Shown one piece after another: positions 1 through 13,329 of a stretch of 64,000 nucleotides of DNA. The notes under the pieces were generated by a model, which saw only the letters and a program-made list of their open reading frames with translations, did no database searches and had not been told where the DNA came from. Origin of the DNA: Octopus vulgaris (Eukaryota); assembly GCA_951406725.2 (NCBI GenBank), contig OX597815.1, forward strand, positions 162,564,001-162,628,000, read 5' to 3'. Positions within the stretch are counted from its first letter, which is position 1; each line of letters starts with the position of its first letter. The position numbers and the translations under genes are program-made.

Positions 1-27
1 TGAAGATTGTATAATTGATATAATTAA

Positions 28-451
28 CCTTTTTGTTGAAATACACTGCTCTTGTTTTAATTCCTTTTGAAAATAATAAAAAAAATAGTAATATAGCTCT
101 GTCATTGATAAGCTGGTATGTAGAACATAACATGAAATTATGATGGAAGGTTTTAATTTAGAGCACTTTAATCCTTCAGCATTTAAACTGGCCATAACCA
201 TCCCAGATATTCTACCTATTTTATGTTTAGACTTGCCAGATCCAACCTCTCACACCTATCCTACAATGTAAGTCAAAAAATAAATAGCCTTGAAATCTTG
301 AAGATACAAGATGATAATATGATTAATTAAAAAAACAATGTGAATAAATAAGCACTCCATTTAACAGAGTAATCTGAGTATTAAGAGGTTAAAACAGGAA
401 GTTTGTATTATAGAACCAGTGGTAGTCTCAGGTAGATTGGTATCAAAAGGG
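28..451. mobile_element. TTAA-flanked (piggyBac-type) MITE hosting a nested MITE
   Basis: TTAA at 24-27 then CCTTTTTGTT; far end TATCAAAAGGG then TTCA; short imperfect TIRs. Confidence 0.5.
172..388. mobile_element. piggyBac-type MITE, nested
   Basis: TTAA both sides (168-171, 389-392); inverted, diverged homolog of 24480-24701. Confidence 0.65.
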
Positions 452-967
452 TTCATATTTTTACAACTTGTAATGTTTTTAAGGATTGGCATCAGTCAAT
501 CACAGGTATTATTCCAAGATAATCTGATACCTACTGCCAATAGTCAGGTAAACTGAGGCAATATAGAATAGTGTGGCCTAGCTAGAAATAACAAAATATT
601 TCAATAGAATTGAACTCAAAATCTGAAGTACATGGTTCAATGCTTTATCAGTTTGGCTCTCATATCCCTATAATATCTTAGAATATTTATTTCACTGACA
701 CCAGAAGAACAAAATCCAAATATCATCGTCATTTTAATAACCAATTGCCCGCATTACAGCTTGGATGATTCTACTCTTTAGCATATGACTGTTTATTAGG
801 AATTTTTATCACCTTGACATGAGGACAAACATTTTTGGGTCTTGCCTTACCACATCTTCCTATATTTGCCTTGATATTACCTCTGCTAAAAGAGGTAACA
901 TTCACGTTCAAGATATATTTCTAAATGACATCTTGATTCACATACATACACCAGCGATATATGTGTA

Positions 968-1328
968 CGAGCAAAACGCCCCCCGTCCAATGGATGGTGC
1001 TGAGTTGTCAAACATTTAAACAAAATTTTCTCAAAACAACTTTTCCGACCGTCCCATAGGCCTCCCCTTTGAGAAACACTGATTTAACCTAAATTTGAGA
1101 CACCAGCAAAAGACGGATTTCGACTGATGTACTTGCGCATACAAATGCACGTTCCCACAGCTTTATCGATCGCATTCTCACCTGGAATCAATTTTTGCAA
1201 TTTTTTCAAGACTAATACATGCCCTGATATTGTCGGTATCTACGTATCAAATTTGAGCACAATCGGATGGAGGATGTCCAAGATCCTAGAAGACACACAC
1301 ACAGACAGAAAGGATTTTATATAAGAGA
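968..1328 (-). mobile_element. non-autonomous Helitron
   Basis: On - strand: starts TC(TCTTATATAAAAT) followed by CTGT/GT repeats; 3' hairpin CCATCCA-T-TGGACGG about 12 nt before a CTCG end (CTAG-like); inserted between A and T. Confidence 0.6.
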
Positions 1329-1655
1329 TATGTGCTTACATATAAATATAGGCTTACCATTTGTGTGGACAAGCAACTAAATCTCCCTCAAATCACACTT
1401 TACTGTTTTAAAAAAGGTCAAACATAAGGCAACTGCCACACAGTCATTCTACCTGCTAAAATTAGCAGTAAAATTTCACTCAAATGAAACACTAGCTATC
1501 TTGTAAACTTTTTACATTATCTAGTTTACTTTTAAAAAGATAGGCCGGTTCTTACTAGTTTATTATCATTATTATTATTATTATCATTATAAGTCTGGCA
1601 GGGCAGCAATCTATTTAATACTATTCTATATTTTGGGGATGAGGAATTATGCACA

Positions 1656-1819
1656 TTATTTACAATGGATGGATAGGTGTTCTCACCTTGTTTGTTGTTA
1701 TCACAACGTTTTGGTTGATGTACTCTCCACCAGAACACCTGATGAAGGCTGGAGAGTACATCAGTGGAAACATTGTGATAACAACAAAGTGAGGACACCT
1801 ATCTGTTTATTATAAATAA
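1656..1819. mobile_element. Penelope-type inverted terminal fragment (foldback) with degenerate hammerhead
   Basis: Two long arms are reverse complements; CTGATGA 1739-1745 and GAAA 1767-1770; same family as 52443-52590. Confidence 0.7.
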
Positions 1820-2533
1820 AGCAAACTATTTACCTGTGCTTCAGTCACTTAATTTACTGCACATTTTCACCTCTACCTAACGGTATCCTACTCCACCCAC
1901 AAAACTTATCAATCTGGGTTGCAATAGGCTGAACCTCAAGAATACTTAGCTAACATCCATATAAGTATTCTCTATTTCATCCTTCCTGTCTAAATAGATA
2001 CCAACTAGCTGCTTTACCTGCAAGAAGTATAACATCTCACTGTTATAAAAAGGACACAATAGGCAATGTAAAACTAGATAAACTGACCTGGAGCTAAGCA
2101 ACAACACATTATAAAGTAGGATATCTTAGCTTCCATACATCTTCCTTCCCTTATAGGGTATTTGTCTCTTAATCTTGCTTACCTTCTACTCAAAGTTATT
2201 AACCATAAATTGTTATGAAATATTTTTGTCATCAGAGAGAAAACTGACATTCTATAAGCATCATGATCTAGCTTATATAAGTATTTAGTAAGTACCACTC
2301 TATTAAAAAAATTTGGTTCAAGTCAAGAGTTTGGCATGGAGGTGCTGCTTCATACTGCAGTAACCTAGGGGTTGTGATTCCTTTTCTGCTTTCATCTTCA
2401 GTGGCTCTGCAAAGGTCACAGGTGCTGTCCTTTCACCTCTATCTAAGCCATGATGGAAAAAAAAGTGATTGTCTGATTATATAGTGTTAGTGGTTTTAGT
2501 CATTGAACTGAGGCAATGCTAGGACACTACCTT

Positions 2534-2770
2534 CATCATCATCATCATCATTTAGCGTCCGCTTTCCATGCTAGCATGGGTTGGACGGGTCAACTGGGGT
2601 CTGTGAAGCTGGAAGGCTCTGCACAGGTGCCAGACAGAGCTGGTGAACGGCCACGAACGGATGGTGCTTTTACGTGTCACCGGCACAGGGCCAGGCGATG
2701 CTGGCAACGGACACGAACGGATGGTGCTTTTACGTGCCACCGACACGGGGCCAGGCAGAGCTGGCAAGAA
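2534..2770 (-). repeat. RTE-LINE 3' tail repeat with (GAT)n tail and ~55-60 bp internal repeats
   Basis: (CAT)n-TTAGCGTCCGCTTTCCATGCTAGCATGGGTTGG motif, recurring many times in the window and contiguous with RTE coding sequence at 15007-15810. Confidence 0.7.
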
Positions 2771-4182
2771 ATAAATAAATATTACAAAGCATTCTGTCTA
2801 ACCCTCTACTGAATGTGCTATCCATTGCTCTTCACCTAGCATTGGCAATAGCACAAATTATCAGAAATGAGAAGAGTCAACCTGTTCTGGTATTTGACAA
2901 GTATTTTGTTTTAATGGCTACCAGAGGAATGAGAGGCAAAGTTGATCCCTGGTTGAATTTGAACAGAAAATAAAAGTACATAACTAAATAGAGTAAAGCA
3001 TTAACTAACACACATTTGTTTCTTTCACTTACAATACTGTCTGTAAAAATGATACAAAAAAATTAACAATTTAGTACCACTGCTCGGCAACATCTCAATC
3101 TCTTTTTCAATAAGTGTGTACAAATGGAAAACTCCTAACCAACAGGTCTACAGATAGTAAATACAGAAATGGCTTCTATATATAGGGTTAGTGGTGAGTA
3201 GGGTAATAAACTGACTGGGACGAAATACTAGCTGCCCTTTGGTCAGGTATAGCATCTGATAGCTGCTTGGCCTTCCTAGGATTCCAAGTGAAGCTATGAG
3301 ATGTAACATGGTGGATGTACAGTTCTGGCAAGAGTCATTCACTAACCAACAATGATTTTTTACATGATGCTGAGTAAAGGAGCCTCTGTGAGGTTAATGG
3401 CCTGGATCACCAAGTTGTCAAAATATATGGCTGCTAATGTCTATAGACCAGGTGACACTAGACATATACTCCAAAATATAGAGATGAGTAAGTCCAAGTA
3501 AGCTCAACCAAACGATGATTAATTTACGGTGAGGGAAAAATCACATTATTTGTGTTATAATTGTTTGCTTTACAGTATTTAGTAACATTCCAACACATTC
3601 TGAGTTCAAGTCAAACTGATGTCAACATAAACATTCATCCTTCTGGGGTTGATGAAGTATGCAACAGTCAAACACTGAGGTTGATTATCTGTATGAACAT
3701 GTTGTGTCAAATGTAAGAAGTCATTATCATCATCATCATCATCATTTAACAATCACCGTCTTATGCTGGCATGGGTTAGACAATAATTATCATTACAAAT
3801 ATCATTGTTAAGGTTGTGGAATCATTAACGCATAGTGTTTGTTCCAGCTCATTGCATTCTGGGTTCAAATACTGCTGAAATCAACCTAACCTTTAGTCCT
3901 GTCAAGGGTGAGTAAAATAATAAAGTGCCACTCCAGTACTGTATTGATATAATAAACAAAACTCCTCCTACTAAAAATTATTGAGTTCTGTTTAAATTAG
4001 GGACAATTATTAATATTTTATCTAATGTTCAGTGCCAAGGTCAAGTTTGCCTTGTATCTTTTGAAAGTGGATATAAATAAAGCACCAGTAGCACCCCCAG
4101 GTCAGCTTTGATCAAGCAGTTGTATGACACAGGTATTTGGTTGAATGACAGGGCATGATATACACAGATCTTCTGTCTGGAG

Positions 4183-4505
4183 CAGCAGTTCTCAAACGGG
4201 GTCCATATAAATTTTTTTGTGGGGTCCATACAACAAAATAGTAAATTGGGGATCTAAAGTAGTATAGTAAAGGCCCTTGAAAAAATTTTGCTTCAGATGT
4301 ATGCATTGGGATGCATTGCAAGAAGCAGCTAGGTTTCTTTCTCCAACATTTTACATAGTTCAACCTACACAAGTTTATGTGTGAAAATCAAAATAGGAAT
4401 TACGAAAGAAGTTTTTAAACATCAAATAGCTATGGGGGTCTACCAGAATAAAAATAGTAATCAAAGGGGTCCATAGATTAAAAAAAAAATGGTCGAGAAC
4501 CCCTG
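4183..4505. mobile_element. hAT (Charlie-like) MITE
   Basis: TIRs CAGCAGTTCTCAAAC / GGTCGAGAACCCCTG; 8-bp TSD GTCTGGAG/GTCTAGAG matching the NTCTAGAN target preference. Confidence 0.8.
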
Positions 4506-7019
4506 GTCTAGAGTATTCAAATGACATTTTAGCAGCAACAATGTACTCATTATAATCTCTGGCATGTACTTTTAACCATTTTGAGGATCTGACTACAATT
4601 TGTTGCAATTTGAGCAACTGCATAGAGGTTTCCTCAGTAGCTCATTGTTAGAATCAGTAATCTTGTCCAGTCAAAGTAATATAGTATAATTATATGTTTT
4701 TCTTATTCTTTCAAATTTTATGCTTTTTAAATACTATTGTGGTCATCAATCTATGATGCATTAATAACTTAACTTTCAAATGGTCTAGAGGTATGAAGAA
4801 TGAACATAATAGAGTACATCATTCTAGAGAAGGATGAGTGGAAAACAAGTTAAAATATCATTAAATTCAACTCTACTTTTTCATTGTTTGTACGATTTTG
4901 TACTTGTACTTGGTGGCATTTACTCGGGTGGGTTGAGCCAGCTCTGACCAATGAGTTCACTACATCCCTCACAACCACTGACCACACCCAATGGCCAGCT
5001 GCAGTCAAGACTGTAAGAGAGTATACACTTCTGGTTTCACTGTTGAAGATCATAGGCATGGAGGCCTGATTCTGCTTCTACATCTGTCAATACCATCACC
5101 AGTCACATCTTCAGTTGTCCTCCAGCTTGTTTGCACCAGTCTAGGTGGGAAACTGGGTTGACTGCCTTGTAAATGAATTCACTTGGACACTGACAGAGAG
5201 TATAGCAAAGACACAGTAGACATTTTGTGAGTAGAACTTAGTGAGATAATAGAAAGAAAATCTCAGATATAATTAACATGTACTCTTGTATATACAATTA
5301 TAGCCAGTAAAAAAGAATCTTTTTAATTGTCTTTAATCAAGGGTCTATACTTAGAAAATGTATGGATTTTAATTAAAGTAAAAAATACTTTATATTTAGA
5401 TTGTTTTGGTGTGTGTGTCCTCACCCAACTGTAGGCACTGGCATAGCTGTGTGCTTGAGAAGATTGTGGTTCCAGATCTAGTTCCACTGCATAACACACC
5501 TTCTGCTATAGTACTCGGTCAACAAAAGCCTTGTGAGCAAATTTGGTAGTTGGTAATTGAAAAAGAAGCTATCATATATGTATGTTAGTTTACATCTGCA
5601 CATGCTCATTTGAAAGTCACATTGTTCATGCAGTTTAATCACCCACTCACTTCACACCTTTACTTGAAAAACAAAAAAAGATAGGTGTTAAGAAGGGCGT
5701 GCAGCTGTGAAACAATGCCTCAACAACATATTTATCTAACTCATGCCAGCATAGAAAAATGCATGTAAAAAAAAAAACATAGAAAAGATGTGCACATATA
5801 ATAGTTGTAGGTTAGCACCATTTTAGTGTTAATGACTTATGATAAAACATTGTGGAACACAGGTAGAGTGTTGGACTAATTAATTTGTAGAATTAAGTTC
5901 CATCATTCTACATTTTGAGTTTGAATTTTGCCAGGAATTATTTTGTTTGTTATACTAAAAAGTCAGTAATTTACAAAAGTCAGTTCCTGTAACTGTACTG
6001 TTATTCTACAAATTTGTGGCACAATGCCAAAAGTTAAAAAAAAAAACAAAAAAAAAACTTTAGAGCTCATCTGAATTAATAACTAATCACCATTTTATTT
6101 ATTAATAAGTAGTGATGATAGTAAATCAGTAATTTGCTAAAAGATTTTAGAATGCAAGTTTTCTCCAAAAGCAATACAAAGGAAGAATGTATAATTAACT
6201 TATAATTATTTCAATTAACTTATAATTACAGTTTTCATTACACATAATGAAAAAAGAAATATGTAATAAAAGAAAAACCACAGCTAATTTGCTCCTTGAA
6301 CCTGTTTAAAGAAGAGGAGTAATCACTTGAATAGAACAGATTCCAGACTGCTGCTGTCGTTGGTAATGACTACTGTTTATAGAAAGTTGATATTGTTATT
6401 TAGCTCAGCTCATCCCTGACTAAGAAGATCTTATGATGAAAGATGCTATGTTAATTCTACTGTGGTCACAAAGGATTGTGTTGAACTATTAAAAAAAAAT
6501 GTATTCAAATCACATAATTACAGTAATATACAATATATCACACAAATATAAGTCAAGGAGGGAGATACTAAACAATACACTCACTCAATCTGTTAGAAAT
6601 AATCATTTCATTCGAATCACATCTGACTGGAGAGGAGATAACACCTCAGCAAAAGTCTTATCCAAAACATACTAAAAGAAGATGACACTACAAATTGTTA
6701 TTGAAATAAAGAAAAGAGAATCTAACAAAGCTTGCTACAGCTAAAAATGAATTTTAGAGCTGTTTGAAAATAGTCTGTGCAACAACATTAGCAAGGGGTA
6801 TATCTTCAATATATGGTGCTTCTTTTCATTTCAAGACCCAAAAACACCACAACTCAAATCAATAGCTGAGACCTCTACAATGCAACCCAATAAGAATACT
6901 GCTCACTTATCTGGGACAGTAGTGTTGCTATTTACGCAAAGCCCTACTTGACCACATTTAAAGGAAGGGCTTCTGACTGATTAGCCAAGATTTACTCACC
7001 AATGCATGACAACCTCAAA

Positions 7020-7210
7020 TCAACACCAAAATGATTACAGGAGTAGCAACAGCTTCTCTATCTCAAACAATGAGGTAAAGTTTTGCTTGCATTCAGAGGT
7101 GAAACTTTTCATCGATGAAATCCTTCAAAATTTAAAAGGGGAAAAGAAAAAATTGGTCTAAGCCTTTAGACCAATTTGTAAAATTAAAGGTTTAGTATTT
7201 TTCTCTCCAC
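7020..7210. repeat. local duplicate, copy 1 (partner 8914-9158)
   Basis: Shared GGAGTAGCAACAGCTTCTCTATCTCAAA...GGTGAAAC...CCTTCAAAATTTAAAAGG blocks. Confidence 0.85.
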
Positions 7211-8913
7211 CGTCTGTTTACCTTTTCTAAACTATTATAATAACTTCTCTGAACTAACTGGACAAATGACCAAAATTTTTATTGATTTGCTGTGCTTGAG
7301 TTGACACATTAAGCTAAATAAAATCATAGTCATGACCAGTGTCTGAAAGGCACTCATGCCAGTAACACATAAAAGGTACCTGTGCCAATGACATGTAAAA
7401 GACACCCAGCACACTCTGTGGAGTGGTTGGCATTAGGAAGGGCATCAGGCTGTAGAAACCAAGCCAAAACAGACTGGAGTCTGGTACGGCTCTTTGGCTT
7501 ACTAGCTCCAGTCAAACTGTCTTACCCATGTTAGCATGGAAAACGAATATCAAGTGATAATGATCTCCTTCTCTCCATGTCACACCATTTCTACTATATC
7601 TCATCCATTAGATCTGATAGTAAACAAGTTCTCTAATCCTTCTATTCAGGAATCCCAATCCTCTGATGTTTCCTCTCTGCTCACACCCTGACAGAAGATC
7701 AACCACATTAATCTCACCAGTTTGGAAAGGCTTGCAAAAGTCATGGACATCCCTCATTTCCTTATGTGGCTAACAAATTAAAAGAAAAAAAAAACTATCT
7801 AAAGTGATAGTGATTTGCTATCACATCTCACCAGTATGCTAGTGTAACAGGATATCATTTTGTTTGCGTCAGTCACTGCACTGTGGCTATCAAAGATATA
7901 GTCAATTATATCAGTGCCAGTTCTTAACTGGTGCTTATTTTATTGACCTTGGAAATCTGTTGATTTCAGTGGGATGTGAATTTAGATTGCAGGGGGTTGC
8001 GACCAAATGTCACAAGGTATTTTGCTCAACTCTCCACTGATTCAGCTATCTACCACCCAAAGCTGAACCGTTCTTGAATTAGGAAACTTGTAATACACAA
8101 AAAACACACAAAAAACACCCATGCCAGTGAGACATTAAAGATACCTGTGCCAGTGACATCTAAGAGGGATCCACGCTAGTGACACATTAAAAATACCCAT
8201 GCTGGTGACACATAAAAGACACCCAGTACACTCTGTGGAGTGGTTGGCATTAGGAAGGGCAGCCAGTCATAGAAACCAAACCAAAACAGAGTGGAGCCTG
8301 GTACAGCTCTCTGGCTTACCTGCTCTGGTCAAATCATCTAACCCATGCTAGCATGGGAAATGGACACTATAAATGATGATGATGTAGTTGAGTGTTTACA
8401 ACACCAATGTGGCATGGTCAAACAGTTAAGAAGGCTTCTTCACAATCACAAGGTCTCCGGTTTGACTCAGCTTGATGGCATCTTGGGCAAGTGTCATTTA
8501 CTGTTATAACCTCAGATTAATCCAAGCTTTGTGAATGAAATAGAGTACCCAGAAACTGTGCAGAAACCAGTCATATGGAATGTACTTGTAATTCACATAT
8601 CAAGCCTTATCACATACTGTTATGATGATTCTAGCCAAGAATTACTTCAAAGATATATTTGACTGCAGAATACTCAGCCACTTACAAGCTAATTCAAAGA
8701 ATAGGTTGTTCAGTTGATCGATTAACTGAATACACATTGCTGAAACCAACAGAGGTCCATTTACTTCTTTACCTTTTGAAGTATATAAGTATTGTATTAG
8801 TCAATTGCAATCTACTCCATTTAACAGAAAACCTGAAAGGTGTTATTCATTAGCATGATGATAATGAATATTAATCATAATTTCTAGAATTTTACATTTG
8901 AGTTACATTAAAA

Positions 8914-9158
8914 TTAACACCAAAAAAGGTAACTGGAGTAGCAACAGCTTCTCTATCTCAAATTTTCTGAGAGAAAATTCCAAGTCCACAGGTAAAACTT
9001 TGCATGCATTCAAAGGTGAAACTGTTCATTGATGAAGTCCTTCAAAATTTAAAAGGAAAAAGAAATTTGTATAAGCCTTAAGACAAAAACAATGAGTTGA
9101 TATAAGCAGCTTACCTATGAATTTGTTAAATTAAAGGTTAAGTCATTTTTCTCCCCTC
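8914..9158. repeat. local duplicate, copy 2 (partner 7020-7210)
   Basis: Same blocks as 7020-7210 with two extra internal segments. Confidence 0.85.
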
Positions 9159-11953
9159 AGATGTGCCCCACCACCATCACCACATGCCCCAGTTTCGTAT
9201 GTACTTGTAATTCACTTCTGGAGCAGAAACAAGTTCTCTACTGCTGTTCTTGCAAGGTAACTTGACCTGTTAGCAATAAAAGCCAGGCCACCTGTCATTT
9301 TTGACAGAAAAAAAAAATTGGATAACGTAGTTCAGGTACACTATGCATGAGACAGGACAGTCATGGATGGAATGTATTTTAGCATAGATCTGCTCAGTCA
9401 AAACTGACTGGGTTAAATAATAACAATTAGAATTCAACTCATCGACTATGTTTGGGCTAAACAATAACAATTAACACCTAGTTCATCGACTATGTCCCAC
9501 CTTCTTAATAATTTGCCCTAACAGCTAGTTAAAAGAAATCTTTATTATTCTTGGATATTTTCGTAAACACTAGTTAGGTCGATTACCTGAATTGTTAGAG
9601 TGTCGCACAAGGTAATCCCGAGGTGTTTATTTAGTTACAGTTCTTGACGTCCTAAGTTTAAATCGCGCGGAAATCGACTTCGTCATTAATAAAATAAAGT
9701 GCGCGTCACCCACACAGTTTATTTCATAACAGGGTCGCTTTAATCGACTATACTGCTCCTCCCAAAATGAATGGCCTTGTGCCTGTGTTAGAAATCAATA
9801 TTACTTTACTCACTGAACAAGGTAAAACAGGTTAGGAAAAAGTACGAAATTTTGGGAACATAAGACTTTTGTTTGGAATAAATAGACTGAAATGGAAGAA
9901 GTATCGCCTACATTTAGCAGCAGCGATTAAACGGAATTAGTTTGGAGCGGGGAATTCTCAAAACAATCAATTAACGACAGACATGATTTAAAGAATACGG
10001 GATTCCAAAAGAGTGATCACATGACATGAAAGAACTAGCTTCTTACTACACACCGTCGCCACCTCCATCACCGCACAGTCAGTAAATGAACCACCTCTCA
10101 TCCACCCTGACAGTCATCATCGACCGGCGAGAAAGAAAGAGAGATGAGGAAGGAGTAAAGGTGTGCAATATATATTAGGAGGAGAGTGAATACAATGGTA
10201 AAACTTGGGAGGTACGAAACTGGTGTTCGGAATCGATTTCAGAGGGAGCCGGTGTCATCAGTGTTTTGCCCAGGAGTAACGACACAGAAATGAAAAGCAT
10301 TCTTGGCATTTAAAGATGGCAGCATAGTGTTGCATGTCTAATCGAATCGATTTGGGAGGTTGCTGTTATTGTTATAGAAAGCTAGGGTGGATGGGTGGGG
10401 GGGAAATCATTCAAGACAAAATGGAAATAAATAAATACAAATAATCACAGACAATCGGAACAAGGAAATCTATATCTAAAAGCGAAAAAGAAGTATAAAA
10501 GTTTGATTATTCGTTATTGGCAAGAATTGAAAAAAAAAAAAAAAAAAGGAAGAATTACAGTGGAAAGACAAAAGGGTTATCGAAGACACCAAACATATCG
10601 AAATGAACAGTCACTGAGACAATTTACAAAGCAATTTTAAAAGTTGGCAGCATGTATAGATAAAGTCATCAATGAAAATATGATGGAAAATGAATAAAAA
10701 AACGAAAAGGTGAAAGAAGGAAAGAAAGAAGAAAGGAATCAATTAAAACAGGAGACGAAAGTGAAAGAAGGAAGAAAAAAAAGGAGGAGACAAGAAATTC
10801 CGATCACTTTTCGAGACAGTGATTTAAAAACGCATGCAACTGGCGAAGGCGTCTTCTCACCTACTCGATATCTCCGATTTTCTCTAAACACATGATTAAT
10901 CGCAATTAGAAATCTGTATAAACGATCGATTTGTGGATACGAGATATCCACAAATAAATAATTATATTTCAACAATAGAATTATAAAAAAAAAAAATTAA
11001 ACTCGTTATTTCGTGTGTTTTTAGAAATAAAAATCATATTTATTAATGTAAAAGGCGTACACACAGACACATGCACACAACCCGTAGACAGGTCGGTACT
11101 GTCTGATAATGTTAACAAATATTTATATATCTATAGGAGTGTACACTATTTCAATTGAATTTTGTATATTTAATCGGGGCGTTTGGATCTAACCTATAAA
11201 ACTGGTTTTAAAAGTTGGTATATACGTATATAAATATATATATATATATGTCCGTGCGTGTGTGTGTGTGTGTTAGAACTTTGATTTAAGAAACTAGCAG
11301 AAAAGGAAGTATTTTGAATTTCTCAATATGTGTGGTGTCGATAAACAACAAATATTAGATACATGACTGTACTCTTGTTCCGGGTTTCACATTCCAGGTG
11401 AGAAAAAAATAATAATAAAAATAAAACAACGCCATCATCAGAATGAGAGGAAAAATAATTATGCCTGAAAAGATATGCAACAACTTTTTAAAATCATTAT
11501 AAAGAGATGTGTTCTTAACTAACACGTTCATGTGAATAGGAAATTATATATAACTAAATAGTAGCTACAGTTATGCCGCCAAAGTACCTTGCACAGTTTT
11601 TAAACACGCCTTGCGAAATCTAAATATCAAAACCATGTTACGAATACATACATATATATATACACTCGAAACTATTTAATTACAATAATTAATATGACAA
11701 ACATCTATAATTTAATAATTATTTTTGTTTTTGCATCGCTCGCTATTGAACGTGCAATACAAACGTCATATATTAAACCGAGTTTACGATTTTAACACAA
11801 TTTCCTCGTGTTCGGTAGGCGCAAATTCTTTCTAAAATTCCGGTAAAAAATCCATCCAAGGAAAAGAGAGAAAACGTGATAAACATAAATAAAAAGTCAA
11901 CGTAGATAATTATATAATAGAAACATAAAAATAAAAAAAAAAACATAACTCAC

Positions 11954-12171
11954 TTTTCAGGAAGCAATTTGACAATGAGGCAGTTGACAGTGGTGGTAAT
12001 GAGAGAATGTATTATATGCAGACGACAAATCAACAGAGCCATGATGGCACCCACCACGCCAGTAAGGGCCCTTTTGCCCACTGCACTTCGCGTTACCTTC
12101 ACCACATGTCCAAACGGTATGGATAGTAACAGTAACGTTACGTAGACGATATCATCTAAGGGCATACTCAT
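11954..12171 (-). CDS. MBOAT7: Lysophospholipid acyltransferase 7 (LPIAT1), first coding exon; gene continues toward or beyond window start
   Basis: MSMPLDDIVYVTLLLLSIPFGHVVK...GKRALTGVVGAIMALLICRLHIIHSLITTTVNCLIVKLLPE aligns by eye with the vertebrate MBOAT7 N-terminus (Y.VLLISIPIG...K...HTLHSLVT); in-frame upstream stop; phase-2 donor AA|GTGAGT at 11953. Confidence 0.88.
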
Positions 12172-12400
12172 TTCCAGGCCGTTACTACAGACGCTTCAAA
12201 GCATTAGGAATTGTTGTTTTTATCTGATATTCCTCGCAAGCTATCCTCCGAAAAATCACGGTCCCCCCATGCATACCCTTGGTAGTCAATATACTAACTT
12301 GTGTCGTTCTACTGCTTTGCTCTTTGTTACACACTGTTCCGTTAGGTGGCGCTCTCGCATATCTCGCTTCACTTCCGGTAAGCGGTAAGGTAAACCACGT
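12172..12400. promoter_or_regulatory. MBOAT7 5' UTR/core promoter, probably bidirectional
   Basis: CpG-rich unique DNA; CTCF-like CCGTTAGGTGGCGCT 12339-12353; ETS site CACTTCCGGT 12370-12379; + strand donors GTAAGC 12378, GTAAGG 12385, GTAAAC 12390. Confidence 0.65.
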
Positions 12401-13054
12401 TGCGATAGTTTATGTTGATATTTAGATTAAGCTTATTATAAATCTATTATATGATATAATATAATATATATATATTTAATTCCACCTAGCTTAAATCTGA
12501 AAACGATAATTTTATCCGAAGTACATTTATTATATATTATTGATTGACTAAACAAATATAAACACAAACATGCCTTACAAGTTGTTATTTAACTCCAGGT
12601 CAACTCTGTTCGAGCAGACCTATGATCAAATGTATTCCAGAAATGGCTATCTCGTCTTTTTATGGGTATGTAAAACTATATTATCTAATGTATCATACCC
12701 TTGTATATGACTGTTGGGTGTGATTTGAAGGATACTTGCTCTTTGTAGCATGTTGAGCGACGGTGTAGGGATACATCCCAGGTTTCTCATGAACAAGCAG
12801 ATCGATGATCGAAGATATACCTGTCATGGTAATCACGTCGGTTTCTTGTACCTAGAACCACGTGATTCGGTATAATCTTCACTCCCAAGGGTTAAACTGA
12901 AGCGTTACGCCATTCAAAGAATCAAAAAAAACAACCAAGACTGCTATTTCTAGCAGGTCTAACGACCATGCAGATACTCCATCATTCTTGTGTTATCTCC
13001 CAGGTCACCCTTGACTGATCAGTCCTACGTACGCATGTAGTGACTAACTTTATG

Positions 13055-13211
13055 GGCGATCCTTCGGTATAGGTACCGGAAGTGGCTTTATTTACATTTC
13101 TGAACATAACAGAAACCCTTTTTTTCCCACCCCTAACCCTAACTCCCCCATATATATGAAAAAAAAAACACTTTCTTAAAATGTATCCGGTACCTATACC
13201 GAAGTTACGCC
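13055..13211. mobile_element. Merlin-like MITE
   Basis: GG...CC termini; ~26-bp TIR containing a perfect CTTCGGTATAGGTACCGGA; exact 8-bp TSD ACTTTATG (13047-13054, 13212-13219); internal CCCTAA units. Confidence 0.75.
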
Positions 13212-13329
13212 ACTTTATGGAGTAGTGTGGGACTGTATGGGGCATATTGCATCCTCTATTGTCCAGTCTATTTCCACCTGTAGATTCTAGTGGTAGTGAC
13301 AACTGAGGGTCGCTAGGTGGATTCGTTTA

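Noticed and set aside
4920-5200. Possible MBOAT7 exon in GC-richer unique-looking DNA
   Set aside because: No MBOAT7 similarity; more like a decayed LINE 3' end, too degenerate to call
8773-8832. 60-nt symmetric phase-2 cassette that could follow the MBOAT7 exon
   Set aside because: Peptide FSVKWSRLQLTNTILIYFK does not match the expected MBOAT7 continuation; splice signals are compatible with chance
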